From: Thermofilaceae archaeon
GTDB lineage: Archaea; Thermoproteota; Thermoprotei; Thermofilales; Thermofilaceae
Direction of reading: 5' to 3'
Length of the DNA stretch: 64,000 nucleotides
Assembly (NCBI GenBank): GCA_038861545.1
Contig: JAWCCZ010000003.1
Location: 160,001-224,000, forward strand
The notes beneath the pieces are model-generated. The model saw only the letters and a list, made by a program, of their open reading frames with translations, ran no database searches and was not told where the DNA came from. Numbering within the stretch: the first letter of the stretch is position 1; each line of letters starts with the position of its first letter. Positions 1 through 12,635 of this stretch are shown piece after piece. A program made the translations under genes and the position numbers.

Positions 1-145
1 CTGATTGAATAAACCTGATCAACGAATTATCGGTATAAAGTACCTGGGTCTTGGCCGTCATTGTATCGTCTAGCAAACAGAGCCCCGTAGGTCTCTTTTC
101 GCTTCCGGCTAGATCAACGCCCAGGGATTTAAAGGTGGACATCAT
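1..145 (-). CDS. DUF429-like protein (RNase H-like fold), N-terminal part, runs off left edge
   Basis: Manual translation from ATG at 145: MMSTFKSLGVDLAGSEKRPTGLCLLD; GxDLAGSxxRPTG motif; not in ORF track. Confidence 0.65.
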   Translation of the reverse strand, partial: MMSTFKSLGVDLAGSEKRPTGLCLLDDTMTAKTQVLYTDNSLIRFIQS

Positions 146-160
146 TTCTTGGAACGCGAA

Positions 161-1510
161 TTACTTACCTTTCTCCCTAATTAATAGGTCGACCTCTTCG
201 ACAAGTTTGTTTACGGCTTCCTGTGCGGTAGTACTTTCTTCGGCTACTATCTCCAGGGTCTCGCTTAGTGCGTTAATACCAACCCATACACTGTCAACGC
301 GAACTCTAATTCCATTAAAAGCGACTACAGCGTCCCTGTGTTTTGAGCGTATAGCGTTAAGGATTCTAAGGTAATCCGCTCCTTTCAGCTTGACTGAAGT
401 GCGGATTTCAGGGCGCGTCGGCAATCTCTCCCGTAAACCTGAAAGTTGATCCCCGGTTCTAGCGAGTAATTCGAGGGTTTTTAGGGTAGCAAGTAAGCCA
501 TCTGGGGCTGGTGAAAAATCCAGGAATGCTACTTCGTTACCACACGTTACAGCCGCATAAGCTCCGATTCTTTTAGCAAATTTCTGCATTCCATAGAAAG
601 AGCCCCGAACCCTAACTAGCCTTATTCCCCGCCTCTTAGCAAACTCTTCAACGGAGTCAGACATTGCCTCGGAAATCACTATACTGGCTCCAGAGGGGGC
701 AGTTTCAAGCACTACTCCCGCAAGTTCCTCGCTTGTAAGAGGTCTTCCCTCATCATCTATAAGTTGCACGCGTGTTGCATCCGCGCAGAATGCAGCACCA
801 AGTGCTGCATTCGCCGATCTAACAAGCCTAGAGAGAAGGGTGATGGAATCGGGACTTGGTATGTGAGCTATTATTCCTCTAGCGGGGGGTCGATGCGAGT
901 TTAGAAGTAAACTTTCGGTACCAGCTTCTGATAGCAGAATGGGAAGAACTTCAGAGGAAGGGCCAAAATTCACGTCGCATACAATCATGAATCTTTTACT
1001 TGAAATGGAGTTCATATCAATGTAACTGGCTACGGCAGCCGAGTATATATCGTGGACGTATTCAGCATAGGTAACCCAACCTATCAAATTGGGGAGAGCC
1101 CTGACAACCCTCTTAGATTTGGCTCGCTGGTATATATCCTCAAGCTTATCTATGGGAAATACTAAGCCTTGGGAATCAAATAGCTTTGCTGCTATGCTTT
1201 CTCTCTCGACTGATGAGACCGTGAATTGGACGCCGGCTTTTGCGCCGAGTCTTTTAATCGCGAATACCAGTTCAGGGGTTGTTGCGGCGTGGAAATCCAG
1301 CACGGTGATACCTGTTGACATTAAACCGGCGGCAAAAGCCCGTTTAATCATTCTCGAAGGTGGATAATTGTCACGAGCTGTTACTACCACAGCTCCTTCT
1401 CCGACTATTGTGCCGAGAGCGCTGCCTAGTTCTGCTGCCAGCTCCGGTACAAGCGCGATGTTTACTGGACCATAAAATAGTCCCTCTTCAAATTCTAGCT
1501 CCCAACTCAA
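161..1510 (-). CDS. Phosphoglucomutase/phosphomannomutase-fold protein, catalytic motifs degenerate
   Basis: PGM/PMM N-terminus (RDNYPPSRMIKRAFAAGLMSTG, TTPEL); TASHNP replaced by TVSSVE and DGDADR by CADATR. Confidence 0.8.
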   Translation of the reverse strand: MSWELEFEEGLFYGPVNIALVPELAAELGSALGTIVGEGAVVVTARDNYPPSRMIKRAFAAGLMSTGITVLDFHAATTPELVFAIKRLGAKAGVQFTVSSVERESIAAKLFDSQGLVFPIDKLEDIYQRAKSKRVVRALPNLIGWVTYAEYVHDIYSAAVASYIDMNSISSKRFMIVCDVNFGPSSEVLPILLSEAGTESLLLNSHRPPARGIIAHIPSPDSITLLSRLVRSANAALGAAFCADATRVQLIDDEGRPLTSEELAGVVLETAPSGASIVISEAMSDSVEEFAKRRGIRLVRVRGSFYGMQKFAKRIGAYAAVTCGNEVAFLDFSPAPDGLLATLKTLELLARTGDQLSGLRERLPTRPEIRTSVKLKGADYLRILNAIRSKHRDAVVAFNGIRVRVDSVWVGINALSETLEIVAEESTTAQEAVNKLVEEVDLLIREKGK

Positions 1511-2657
1511 TCATGGTCACCGGTCTTTCTTTTCTTGGTTCAACTGAAACAACCTCACCAAAAACTTTTGCTTTATCGGGGATAACCGCTCCATCTTCAA
1601 CTATAGAGTACTTTACCTCTGCTCTCTCACCAATTTCAACATTAGCCCCGATGATGCTATTTTCGATAGAAGCTCCTTTTCTTACCTTTACATTATCCAT
1701 TAAAACTGATTCAGCTACTATGGCTTTATCGCAAATATGCACACCATCACCTAAGACCACATATGGGCCCACTACGACTTCTTCCTCAATTATTTCAACC
1801 TCACCTATAGCTGCAGGAGGTAAAACAGAGCCGTGAATCATACGGTAGGAGTTAAACCAAATCCCTCCGCTACATAACCCTCTCGGCTTCAATGGAGTTG
1901 CCTGATGATTCAATAGATCTATATTAGCTCTCAGATACGTACTTGGTAAGCCGGCGTCAATCCAATAATACGGACCCATATACCAGCTGTAAATGGGATA
2001 ACCCTCTTCTAAAAGGTAAGGGAACACATGCCTGCCGAAATCTAGAAGATGAGGGTTGTCCTCAAGCACGTCCAGCACGCTATACGATAGGGCATAAATG
2101 CCTGTATTCGCTAGATTGGCATGACAGTACTTGGATTTCATACTTTTCATAGCGATACTAGCCAAGTATAGCTCGAAGCTAGTTGGTTTCTCCAGGAATC
2201 CTATGATTCTATCATCAGAAGCTGTTACAGCTAAACCATAATGATTCGGCGTGTCAACATCTTTCAATACTATCATTGCAATGCTTTTCTTTCTTTCGAA
2301 CATCTTCCACATCGAACCGATATCACAGTTGGTAACTATGTCGCCCATAATCACCAAAAAGTCTTCGTCTATAACGTTACTTGCGCGCCGCACGGCATCA
2401 GCAGTATCTAACGACCTATACGTTAATGGTGTAACCTCAATACCTCGTTTATTGTTTTGAAGGTACTCCGCGATGGTATTTCCCATGTAATCGCAAAGGA
2501 CATAGACTTCGTCTATAACTCCACTCAGCTCTAACAGGTCAAGAACATAGTCTATTAATGGTTTATTAGCGATTGGCATTAATGGCTTCGGACGATGCAG
2601 TGTAAAAGGCTGAAGCCGAGTCCCCCTTCCCCCAGCTAAGACGACGGCAGTAACCAT
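1488..2657 (-). CDS. Sugar-1-phosphate nucleotidyltransferase (Man-1-P guanylyltransferase-like) with LbH tail
   Basis: LAGGRGTRLQP..PKPL motif, EKP, YWIDAG, C-terminal hexapeptide repeats. Confidence 0.88.
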   Translation of the reverse strand: MVTAVVLAGGRGTRLQPFTLHRPKPLMPIANKPLIDYVLDLLELSGVIDEVYVLCDYMGNTIAEYLQNNKRGIEVTPLTYRSLDTADAVRRASNVIDEDFLVIMGDIVTNCDIGSMWKMFERKKSIAMIVLKDVDTPNHYGLAVTASDDRIIGFLEKPTSFELYLASIAMKSMKSKYCHANLANTGIYALSYSVLDVLEDNPHLLDFGRHVFPYLLEEGYPIYSWYMGPYYWIDAGLPSTYLRANIDLLNHQATPLKPRGLCSGGIWFNSYRMIHGSVLPPAAIGEVEIIEEEVVVGPYVVLGDGVHICDKAIVAESVLMDNVKVRKGASIENSIIGANVEIGERAEVKYSIVEDGAVIPDKAKVFGEVVSVEPRKERPVTMIELGARI

Positions 2658-2698
2658 ATACGACGCGAATAGTGGTAGTTGTTAGTACAAAAATTTTT

Positions 2699-3112
2699 CT
2701 AATCAAGACGAAGGCTTTTAGATAGTTTTTTCGAAATTTCGTTGCCTTCTTCAATACTTATTAATCTTCTGCTGTGTACAGTCCCCGGGTAGTATGGAAT
2801 TACATGAAAATGTATATGGAAAATCTCTTGTCCGGCTATAGATCCATTATTCTGAATCAACCTTACCCCCTCCGCTCCTAGTGCTTCCCGCTGAGCTCTG
2901 GCTATAGCCTTTGCTAGACGCACAAGCTCTGTTAATACATCATCCGGTGTTTCCAATATATCCCTGTAATGGTAGTTCGAGGCTATGAGTGTATGCCCCT
3001 TAGATACCGGGTATATATCGAGAAAAGCCATGGCATATGTAGTGCGGTAGATAATGTATGCAGGTGCTTCTCCAGCTACTATTGCGCAGAAAATACATTT
3101 TTTCACAGGCAA
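2699..3112 (-). CDS. HIT family nucleotide hydrolase
   Basis: CIFC N-terminus, FLDIYP..GHTL, HIHFHVIP histidine triad. Confidence 0.92.
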   Translation of the reverse strand: MPVKKCIFCAIVAGEAPAYIIYRTTYAMAFLDIYPVSKGHTLIASNYHYRDILETPDDVLTELVRLAKAIARAQREALGAEGVRLIQNNGSIAGQEIFHIHFHVIPYYPGTVHSRRLISIEEGNEISKKLSKSLRLD

Positions 3113-3179
3113 GCTTCATTTAGGAAGAATAAAATTTATACGCGTAATGTTTAAGGTTTAGATTTTAAGAGGCTATGCT

Positions 3180-3719
3180 ATGAAGGACTTAGAAGCATAT
3201 GGGCCTGGCGACAAAGCCCCTGAGGAAGTAAACATAGTTATCGAGATACCACAGGGCGGTGGCGTTAAGTACGAAATGGATAAGGAAACAGGTGTGCTAA
3301 TCGTTGACAGGATACTGTATACTTCAATGGTTTACCCCTTTAATTACGGTTTCATACCCGGAACTCTTGAAGAGGATAGAGATCCAGTAGATGTTCTACT
3401 GCTAAGTTACGAGCCTTTGCTACCCGGTTCCCTAATTAGGGGTAAACCAGTGGGTGTATTAATTACGAAGGATGAAAAGGGTCCTGACGCTAAAATTGTA
3501 GCTGTTCCCTCACCGAAAATTGATCCGAGGTTCACTGACGTAGACGATGTATCAAAGCTTCCTGAAGCTATAAAAAAGAAGCTTGAACATTTCTTCGAAC
3601 ATTACAAGGAACTTGAACCTGGAAAATGGGTTAAGGTAGAGGGCTGGTACGGGAGAAGCGAGGCGCTTAAAAGAGTTAAACAAGCTATTGAGCGCTATAA
3701 GGCTTTACGTGTCAGTTAA
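3180..3719 (+). CDS. ppa: Inorganic pyrophosphatase (family I)
   Basis: EIPx[13 protein letters not shown], Dx[14 protein letters not shown]. Confidence 0.95.
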   Translation: MKDLEAYGPGDKAPEEVNIVIEIPQGGGVKYEMDKETGVLIVDRILYTSMVYPFNYGFIPGTLEEDRDPVDVLLLSYEPLLPGSLIRGKPVGVLITKDEKGPDAKIVAVPSPKIDPRFTDVDDVSKLPEAIKKKLEHFFEHYKELEPGKWVKVEGWYGRSEALKRVKQAIERYKALRVS

Positions 3720-3770
3720 GCTGAACCGCGCGGTTTATATAGTTTCAAAGTCTATCCAGGATGGTACATT

Positions 3771-4181
3771 GTGATGGCTGAAAATCAGTTTACCAGATCG
3801 TTCATCACCAACTTGGAGCACTGGGTTGAAACGCAGAAAATTGTATTGTCCTCTCTAACTAAGGTTGAGGACCAGCTAAGGGATGCAGATAGATTAGAGC
3901 TAGTATTAGCGGTCAGAACGGCTTTTAGGCACATGATACGCACTCTCGAAGCTTTCGATCGTTGGTTACAAGACCCCTTCATTATAGGTCATATGCCGCG
4001 AGAAATGCTTGAAGATGTTCAAAGGAAAACTTGGGATCTATTCAAACAGCTTTTAGAGCTAGACATAATTCATACAGTACAATTTAAAGACTACGTAGCT
4101 AAACTCGTTAGGGAAGGTAAACTAAACCCACTCCTTTCAGCGCAGGGTGGAGAAGAACGCAGAGTTCCAGGCGTGCTCTAG
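3771..4181 (+). CDS. Conserved archaeal protein, DUF2153-like
   Basis: WVETQK, DRLELV, AFRHMIRTLEAFDRWLQDP pattern recalled for this family. Confidence 0.7.
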   Translation: MMAENQFTRSFITNLEHWVETQKIVLSSLTKVEDQLRDADRLELVLAVRTAFRHMIRTLEAFDRWLQDPFIIGHMPREMLEDVQRKTWDLFKQLLELDIIHTVQFKDYVAKLVREGKLNPLLSAQGGEERRVPGVL

Positions 4182-4210
4182 TGGGCGTATCTCGGAATGA
4201 AAGCCTTTAA

Positions 4211-6445
<2,235 letters not shown>

Positions 6446-6448
6446 TTT

Positions 6449-6682
6449 ATGACGCCGGTTGCCATAATCCTGCTAAGCGAGCTTTCTAGATTAAAGGGAT
6501 CAGCAACCGATAGAGAACTTTATGAAAACGTTAAAAAAGCAGTAGAATCAGTAGGGATCGACATATCTAGAAACGATTTCACGAAATTGCTAATGACTTT
6601 AGAGCTCAGAGGCTACATAAGAGTTGAGGGAATAAAAAGAGATTCCAGAATGGTTCATCTAGCAAAGACCAATAGTAAATAG
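6449..6682 (+). CDS. Small winged-helix-like protein downstream of cdc48
   Basis: 77 aa; ISRNDFTKLLMTLELRGYIRV wHTH-like pattern; starts 3 bp after cdc48 stop. Confidence 0.65.
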   Translation: MTPVAIILLSELSRLKGSATDRELYENVKKAVESVGIDISRNDFTKLLMTLELRGYIRVEGIKRDSRMVHLAKTNSK

Positions 6683-6731
6683 GGAAGCTCTTTTAAGTCT
6701 TAACTCTTTATAATTGAGCCGGTGATCAGAG

Positions 6732-7766
6732 ATGGGCGTTAACTTGAGAGAGCTAGTAACGCCCGTAAAGATTGAAATTGAGTTGGAGCAGTTAGCAGGT
6801 AAAGTTATAGTGTTAGATGCATACAATGCACTTTATCAGTTTCTGACTACTATCAGGCAACCTGATGGAACCCCACTTATGGATGCTCTTGGTAGAGTTA
6901 CAAGCCACCTTAACGGGCTATTCTACAGAACCATAAACCTTCTTGAAAAGGGGTTAAAGATAGCATACATCTTCGATGGCAAGCCCCCTGAACTTAAAGC
7001 TGCTGAACTTGAAAGAAGAACCAAATGGCGAGAAGAAGCAGAAAGAAAGTACACTGAAGCATTGGAGAAAGGAGACTTAGAGGAAGCTCGATTATACGCG
7101 CAACAAGCATCGCGTCTGTCATCACTTATGGTTGAAGATGCAAAGACGCTGCTAAACCTCATGGGAATACCTTGGGTTCAAGCCCCTGCTGACGGTGAGG
7201 CCCAAGCGGCTTTTATGACTACGAGAAACGATGCTTGGGCAACAGCTAGCCAAGATTATGACTCATTATTATACGGGTCTACTAGGTTAATTCGAAACCT
7301 GACTATAACTGGAAGAAGGAAACTTCCAAGAAAGGACGAGTATATTGAAGTAAAGCCAGAGCTCATTGAACTTGATAAAATACTTAGAAGCTACGAATTA
7401 TCAAGGGAGCAACTGGTTTATGTTGCAATATTGATAGGCACAGATTTTAATCCAGGGGGCGTGAGAGGAATTGGTCCTAAAAAAGCCTTAAAAATAATTA
7501 AAGAATTTCCAAATTTTACAGTTATTGAAAAAAATATAGAGTGGAGTTTTCCGGTAAAACCTCACGAGATAGCTAAGATTTTTCTAGAACCTGAAGTAAC
7601 TGAAGATTATCAGTTAGAATGGAGAGCACCTGACAAGGACGGGATAATAGAATTTTTATGCAATGAACATCAATTCTCACGAGAGAGAGTAGAAAATGCT
7701 TTAGAAAGAATAGAGAAGGCAAGCAAAGTCTTGACAAAACAATCTACATTAGAGTCTTGGTTTTAA
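6732..7766 (+). CDS. fen: Flap endonuclease 1
   Basis: MGV start, [31 protein letters not shown]-terminal PIP box QSTLESWF. Confidence 0.96.
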   Translation: MGVNLRELVTPVKIEIELEQLAGKVIVLDAYNALYQFLTTIRQPDGTPLMDALGRVTSHLNGLFYRTINLLEKGLKIAYIFDGKPPELKAAELERRTKWREEAERKYTEALEKGDLEEARLYAQQASRLSSLMVEDAKTLLNLMGIPWVQAPADGEAQAAFMTTRNDAWATASQDYDSLLYGSTRLIRNLTITGRRKLPRKDEYIEVKPELIELDKILRSYELSREQLVYVAILIGTDFNPGGVRGIGPKKALKIIKEFPNFTVIEKNIEWSFPVKPHEIAKIFLEPEVTEDYQLEWRAPDKDGIIEFLCNEHQFSRERVENALERIEKASKVLTKQSTLESWF

Positions 7767-8041
7767 TGATGGAAAATTGGCAACAGCTAGAAGAGCTGTT
7801 TAAGGGGTGTAGAAAAGCTTTGAGGGTAATCCGAGTACTATTGCAGTATAAAACCCCAATGACTAAGTACGCGATCGAGAGTCAAGCTCTGGTTTACGAT
7901 ACAAGGTCGTTGTTAAAGAGGCTTGAAGAGATCGGAGTAATACATATAATTGATGGAAGACCGAGGCGTTACATGATTAACTTGGAGCATCCCTTAGTTA
8001 AATCACTTGAGAAAATGATGCTGGAAACAGGCTATCTTTAA
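7766..8041 (+). CDS. Small winged-helix DNA-binding-like protein
   Basis: Start chosen at ATG overlapping the fen stop (TAATG); MTKYAIE..LKRLEEIGVI..RRYMIN wHTH pattern. Confidence 0.6.
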   Translation: MMENWQQLEELFKGCRKALRVIRVLLQYKTPMTKYAIESQALVYDTRSLLKRLEEIGVIHIIDGRPRRYMINLEHPLVKSLEKMMLETGYL

Positions 8042-8053
8042 AACGCGCACTCT

Positions 8054-9226
8054 TCAGGACTTTGTATAAACAACAAACTTACCGATACTTAAAATGGGGG
8101 ACAACATCGCGAGTGGAGTGAATGACAGACCGATGGATAAAGTTGTGACGGTATAGCTAAGCATAGTTATGAAAGTGTACTCTCTAGGAATGATTACGAT
8201 TAGTTTCTCAAGAATAGATATCGCCATGCATAACGAAATCCACCTTGTGAAGCGGCCATTACCTGTAGCAAATGCTAAAAACCAACCTATAAAAGCTAGT
8301 AATGACACAGATGTTTCCATGCATAAAAGTATCCAGGTTAAATTTGCATGAATCTCGAGGGTATCGCTTAATCTACCCTCCGATAGAAGGTATTGATTCA
8401 TAGCCCTTAAAACACCCGCTGATAACAATAAACAGGTAAGCATGCGTACTTTACTGTTTACGTTGGCTTTAATCTCGACATACAGCATTAATAACCCTGA
8501 AATGATGAAAACTATAGTCCAAAGTATTTCATCGATTTTCTTCAAGGTATGTATCTGAAAGTCAATAAAATACACGGGATCTTCTGTGCTTAGTAGGCTA
8601 ATTACCCCATATAACATAAGGAGCAAAGCGTTGAGTTCTCCTCCGTATTTAATAATCCTGCTCCTAGCTAGCGATTTATGGAGTTTAGGACCTATTCCCT
8701 GAGCGGTAACTCCGAGAAGTATGAAAGGAAGTGATGTTCCCAGGGAAAAAGATGCAATGAGGAGAGTAATTGATCCTGTTCCCAATGCTGCCTGAGCGGC
8801 TAATGCCAGTATGGGTCCCGATGCACACGGCGCCGCCAGCAACGAAAAAGATAAACCCAGTAAAGCGGCACCCAGAACATCTGCTCTTTTGGGTCTCAGT
8901 GCTACTCTAGAAGCTAATATGCCTATCTCCTTAGCCGGTGTTAGCTGGACTACAGCAAGTATCAAGAAAATTGTTGAAAGTATAGTAGCTGCAGTGGAAG
9001 GGGTTAAGTTATACTTAGTTATCAACTCTTGGCCTAACACTGATGCTGTCAATGCATACGTAGCTAAGCCTAAACATAATGTTGTGACGAAGGAGAGAGT
9101 TACAGTTAGAGATTTTCCAACTCTTTTAGCTAGATACATTAGGTAAGCTGGTAAAACTGGGAAAAGACAGGGGGATAGAGACGTAAATAAACCGGCTAGG
9201 AACATTGTAAGGTATCCTAGGGGCAT
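8054..9226 (-). CDS. CcdA/DsbD-type transmembrane thiol-redox protein with extra C-terminal TM segments
   Basis: LSPCLFP and APCASGP cysteine motifs in a hydrophobic protein. Confidence 0.82.
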   Translation of the reverse strand: MPLGYLTMFLAGLFTSLSPCLFPVLPAYLMYLAKRVGKSLTVTLSFVTTLCLGLATYALTASVLGQELITKYNLTPSTAATILSTIFLILAVVQLTPAKEIGILASRVALRPKRADVLGAALLGLSFSLLAAPCASGPILALAAQAALGTGSITLLIASFSLGTSLPFILLGVTAQGIGPKLHKSLARSRIIKYGGELNALLLMLYGVISLLSTEDPVYFIDFQIHTLKKIDEILWTIVFIISGLLMLYVEIKANVNSKVRMLTCLLLSAGVLRAMNQYLLSEGRLSDTLEIHANLTWILLCMETSVSLLAFIGWFLAFATGNGRFTRWISLCMAISILEKLIVIIPREYTFITMLSYTVTTLSIGLSFTPLAMLSPILSIGKFVVYTKS

Positions 9227-9228
9227 TA

Positions 9229-10950
9229 TTAGCTACCCCGGCGTTTTAGCTGTCGGATAAGGGTAAAAACAGCCAGCACTATAATCGCGATAGATACTGT
9301 CAGGTAAAAGAGTTGGCTGCCTACCCTTATGTTTACAACTAGGATTCTCTCTTCTCTAACTCCTTTACCAACTATAACTAAGGGGATATAATACCTTCCA
9401 TAGGCTGCTCTTTCCTCAGGGATTACAGTTACGGTAAATGAAGTGGAGCTTCCAGGCGGAAGATTTTCTACGATGCTGGGTATTACGTCTACATGCAGGC
9501 CTTCAGGTGAAGTACCGCCCACTTGAATTGTAAGATCATTAACAGGTATTTGTCCGTTATTCCTGACAATTAGTGTGAACCTTGCCGGCGCCCCATGCAT
9601 CGTCTCAATTTCCCAATTCGTCGCTTCAATCTCCACCGTGGCTTTCCCTTTAACATTTATTCCAAGCTCTATAGATGTACTGCTATTCAGCCCTACAGCT
9701 CTGAAGATGAACCCGATAGCTGTGGGGGGCGCGGTTCCCGGTATTTCAACAAATAGCATCATTCTCTGAGAAGAGCGCGGCGACAACCGGAGTGCAGAGA
9801 TTATGTTGCCTTGCTCATCCTTTAAATGCCACAAATAACCAACTGGTAGACCTACAGCATAAAAAGTTACTAGCGAAGCTCCTGTTCCATCGTTTCTTAT
9901 AGTCAGAGGTATCACCGCGCTATTGCCGGGTTCAGCATCTACGATAGGAGCAACCACCTCCATTGATATAGTATCGTATCTGCTTTCAATTCTCACCTGC
10001 AACGCAGCTTTCGATAGTGCATCCAAACTGCGCCCCTCTACAGTTACAGTGTAATTACCTGCAGCGGCGTTTTCAGGCACTCTTACTGTCAAGTTAAGCC
10101 ACATAAAAGAGCCAGGGTCCAGCGTTAGTGCATTCACATATTGGCTGTTTACCTCAAACCAGGCTGTCCACGATGAAGGTGCTGTAATGGATAAGTCGAC
10201 AGTACAAACTTCTTCTAGCGGGTTAAAAACTCGAAGAGGTATCTTGAAAATACTACCGGGGTATGCGGCAACCTCTGGGAATTTAAATTCTACAATCCTC
10301 CAATTTCTATGCTTTACATCAAAATTGACAGTTAAACAATGCTTCACGCCATAATAGCTCAGATATAGTGTTACATTCTTTGTTCCAATTTCTGTTGCCG
10401 GTATACGCGCCCTTAAGAAGTATTTATTAGAGGCGCCGGGCTCTAGCATAATGCTTCGCGCTATTAAACCGTACTCGCTCACCACTTCTGTCTCCCATCC
10501 CGTAGGCGCAGATAGATTCAACTCAGCCATGACAGTGTACGTTCCGATGTTAGTGATCCGTAAAGGTACTATTACATAGCTTCCCTGATATGCTACAACG
10601 TGACTGACTTCCGCAATTGCTTTGAGTGCATATTCCAGCTGGATTTTACCTAAATTTATAGTGCTAGTCCTTGAAGTATCAATCGTAAAATTTTTTTTCT
10701 CATATCCTTTTTTAAAAATAATTACATCGTAGATTTCTCCACTAGGTACATATATGGAAAAATACCCATTTGAGAATGTGGTACTTGAAGTCAGGAAAGC
10801 GCCTTTCCTGTATATCTCTACTGTGGTGTTATCCAAGGGCTGTCCCTCGCTATCCATAACTATTCCTACAAACGTTACCCATTCTGCGCTTACAGGTACG
10901 GGCATCACTATAATTAATGCGAGCGCTACTGTCAGAAACGCCTTTCGCAT
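9229..10950 (-). CDS. Membrane-anchored surface protein with carboxypeptidase-regulatory-like and NEW3/Ig-like repeats
   Basis: Signal peptide MRKAFLTVALALIIV (ATG at 10950); repeated N.G..L....P.GW...L.PG units; C-terminal TM followed by basic tail. Confidence 0.75.
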   Translation of the reverse strand: MRKAFLTVALALIIVMPVPVSAEWVTFVGIVMDSEGQPLDNTTVEIYRKGAFLTSSTTFSNGYFSIYVPSGEIYDVIIFKKGYEKKNFTIDTSRTSTINLGKIQLEYALKAIAEVSHVVAYQGSYVIVPLRITNIGTYTVMAELNLSAPTGWETEVVSEYGLIARSIMLEPGASNKYFLRARIPATEIGTKNVTLYLSYYGVKHCLTVNFDVKHRNWRIVEFKFPEVAAYPGSIFKIPLRVFNPLEEVCTVDLSITAPSSWTAWFEVNSQYVNALTLDPGSFMWLNLTVRVPENAAAGNYTVTVEGRSLDALSKAALQVRIESRYDTISMEVVAPIVDAEPGNSAVIPLTIRNDGTGASLVTFYAVGLPVGYLWHLKDEQGNIISALRLSPRSSQRMMLFVEIPGTAPPTAIGFIFRAVGLNSSTSIELGINVKGKATVEIEATNWEIETMHGAPARFTLIVRNNGQIPVNDLTIQVGGTSPEGLHVDVIPSIVENLPPGSSTSFTVTVIPEERAAYGRYYIPLVIVGKGVREERILVVNIRVGSQLFYLTVSIAIIVLAVFTLIRQLKRRGS

Positions 10951-10972
10951 CGTTACTAAATTTACAAGAGAG

Positions 10973-12571
10973 TTAAATAATCTCCGTCTCAGCTCGCTGC
11001 TCAATGAGCTGTAAGCAAAGCTCGTAGCCCCTTTTAAGAACCTTTGACGCAGGCATTTTTACTACATCCCATGGGTTTTTTTCGTTAGTATCCAGAGGGT
11101 CTATATACTTAGGCACTTTGAAGCCAGTTTCTCGCACAGCCCTACGCCAGCCACCTAATCCCCCTCCTGCTAATGCCCACCTTAAAAGCAATTCTGTGGC
11201 TTCGCTTCCTGCCCTACCAAGAACACATTGTACATAAGCCCAGAGCGGTTTATAGGGTCTTACCTCAGCTACCCCCTTTAATTCGTTTGCTATTGTTGAA
11301 ATTTTTCTTCTTAATTTTTTCCATTCTTCCATCCCGAACCATTGCATAGGTGTCTGTGGTTTGGGTACGAAAACGCTTAAACTGAGCTTCAGCCGTCTCC
11401 GACCTTTAAAATCAGATATAGTAGCAATCTTTGTAACTAAATCAATTATCCCCCTTATATCATCATGCTTTTCGCCTGGTAATCCCACCATAAAGTACAG
11501 CTTGATTTCATTGAAACCCAACGTCTCAGCCTCCTTGGCGATCTCTAACAGCTTATCCCTTAACGAGGGTTTACCTATAACGCTTGAGAGACTGGTAGAG
11601 GCGGTTTCCGGTGCTATGGTTAATGTTCTTTGTCCACTCCTAGATATCAGTTCCAATCTTTCTCTATGTAAAGTATCAAGCCTTAAAGAGGGTAACGAAA
11701 GCTTGCAGCCCATTTCAAGGAGTTTCGTTATTATTTCATCTGCTTGAGGATGGTCAAATAGGGAAAGCGCAATTAATGTGACATGTTCGGCTGAATTATA
11801 TTTATACCCTTTCTCCGCGATGTAAAGGATATCTGAAAGAGGTCTATCTCTTTTAGGCAAAAAAATATGTCCCTCTAGGCAAAACCTACATCCTCTTACA
11901 CATCCTCTAGAGACTTCGATCAGTGTAGTTTTCCTCCACCTATCATTAAGGGGTTGAACTTGTTTTATAGGATGGAACTCTAATGGAAGATTTTCTACGT
12001 AACTATATATTACATGTTCGTCACCTCTTGAGCCGATGTAAAACCCTTTCTCCGGGGGCAAGCAGTCTAGTATACTGCGTTTATCGTCAGCTTGCGAAGC
12101 TACGGCTTCCAGAATAACTGGTACAGTTTTCTCTATTTCACCTACGACTACTACATCTGCGATCTCACTTAGTGTTATAGGGTTGGCTATTACCGGTGGT
12201 CCTCCCACAACAACTATCTGGCTCCTCTTGCATGCTAATGGATGTACTCCTCCGCTCTGGAGAAGCCTAATTACGTTAACGTAATCTGGCTCGTAATGTA
12301 TCGAGAAAAGTATTAGCCTGAAATCGCGCAAAGGCTTTTTACTCTCAATGCTTAACGCGGGAGGCTCACTTCCATGCAACCTCTGTACTACAAATCTCTC
12401 GGCATAAAAATTTTCTAGGGAATTAATATAGAAGTACAGCATTTGAAAAGAAAGGCTCTTCGTCGCGACTTCGTAGATCGAAGGGTAGGCTATAGCGACT
12501 CCGAGTGCATGACTGCTTACCCTCTTTTTTAATACATTAATCTCTTTCAAAGGATTCCCCACCTGTGACAA
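10973..12571 (-). CDS. Radical SAM protein (B12-binding-like N-terminus, uncharacterised family)
   Basis: RGCVRGCRFC CxxxCxxC, TIAPET, YFMVGLPGE, FVPKPQTP. Confidence 0.88.
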   Translation of the reverse strand: MSQVGNPLKEINVLKKRVSSHALGVAIAYPSIYEVATKSLSFQMLYFYINSLENFYAERFVVQRLHGSEPPALSIESKKPLRDFRLILFSIHYEPDYVNVIRLLQSGGVHPLACKRSQIVVVGGPPVIANPITLSEIADVVVVGEIEKTVPVILEAVASQADDKRSILDCLPPEKGFYIGSRGDEHVIYSYVENLPLEFHPIKQVQPLNDRWRKTTLIEVSRGCVRGCRFCLEGHIFLPKRDRPLSDILYIAEKGYKYNSAEHVTLIALSLFDHPQADEIITKLLEMGCKLSLPSLRLDTLHRERLELISRSGQRTLTIAPETASTSLSSVIGKPSLRDKLLEIAKEAETLGFNEIKLYFMVGLPGEKHDDIRGIIDLVTKIATISDFKGRRRLKLSLSVFVPKPQTPMQWFGMEEWKKLRRKISTIANELKGVAEVRPYKPLWAYVQCVLGRAGSEATELLLRWALAGGGLGGWRRAVRETGFKVPKYIDPLDTNEKNPWDVVKMPASKVLKRGYELCLQLIEQRAETEII

Positions 12572-12635
12572 CAGGGTACACTACTTTTAAATAACATCCC
12601 AAGGTTAAGAATTTTTAAACCATAAAGTAGGAAAC

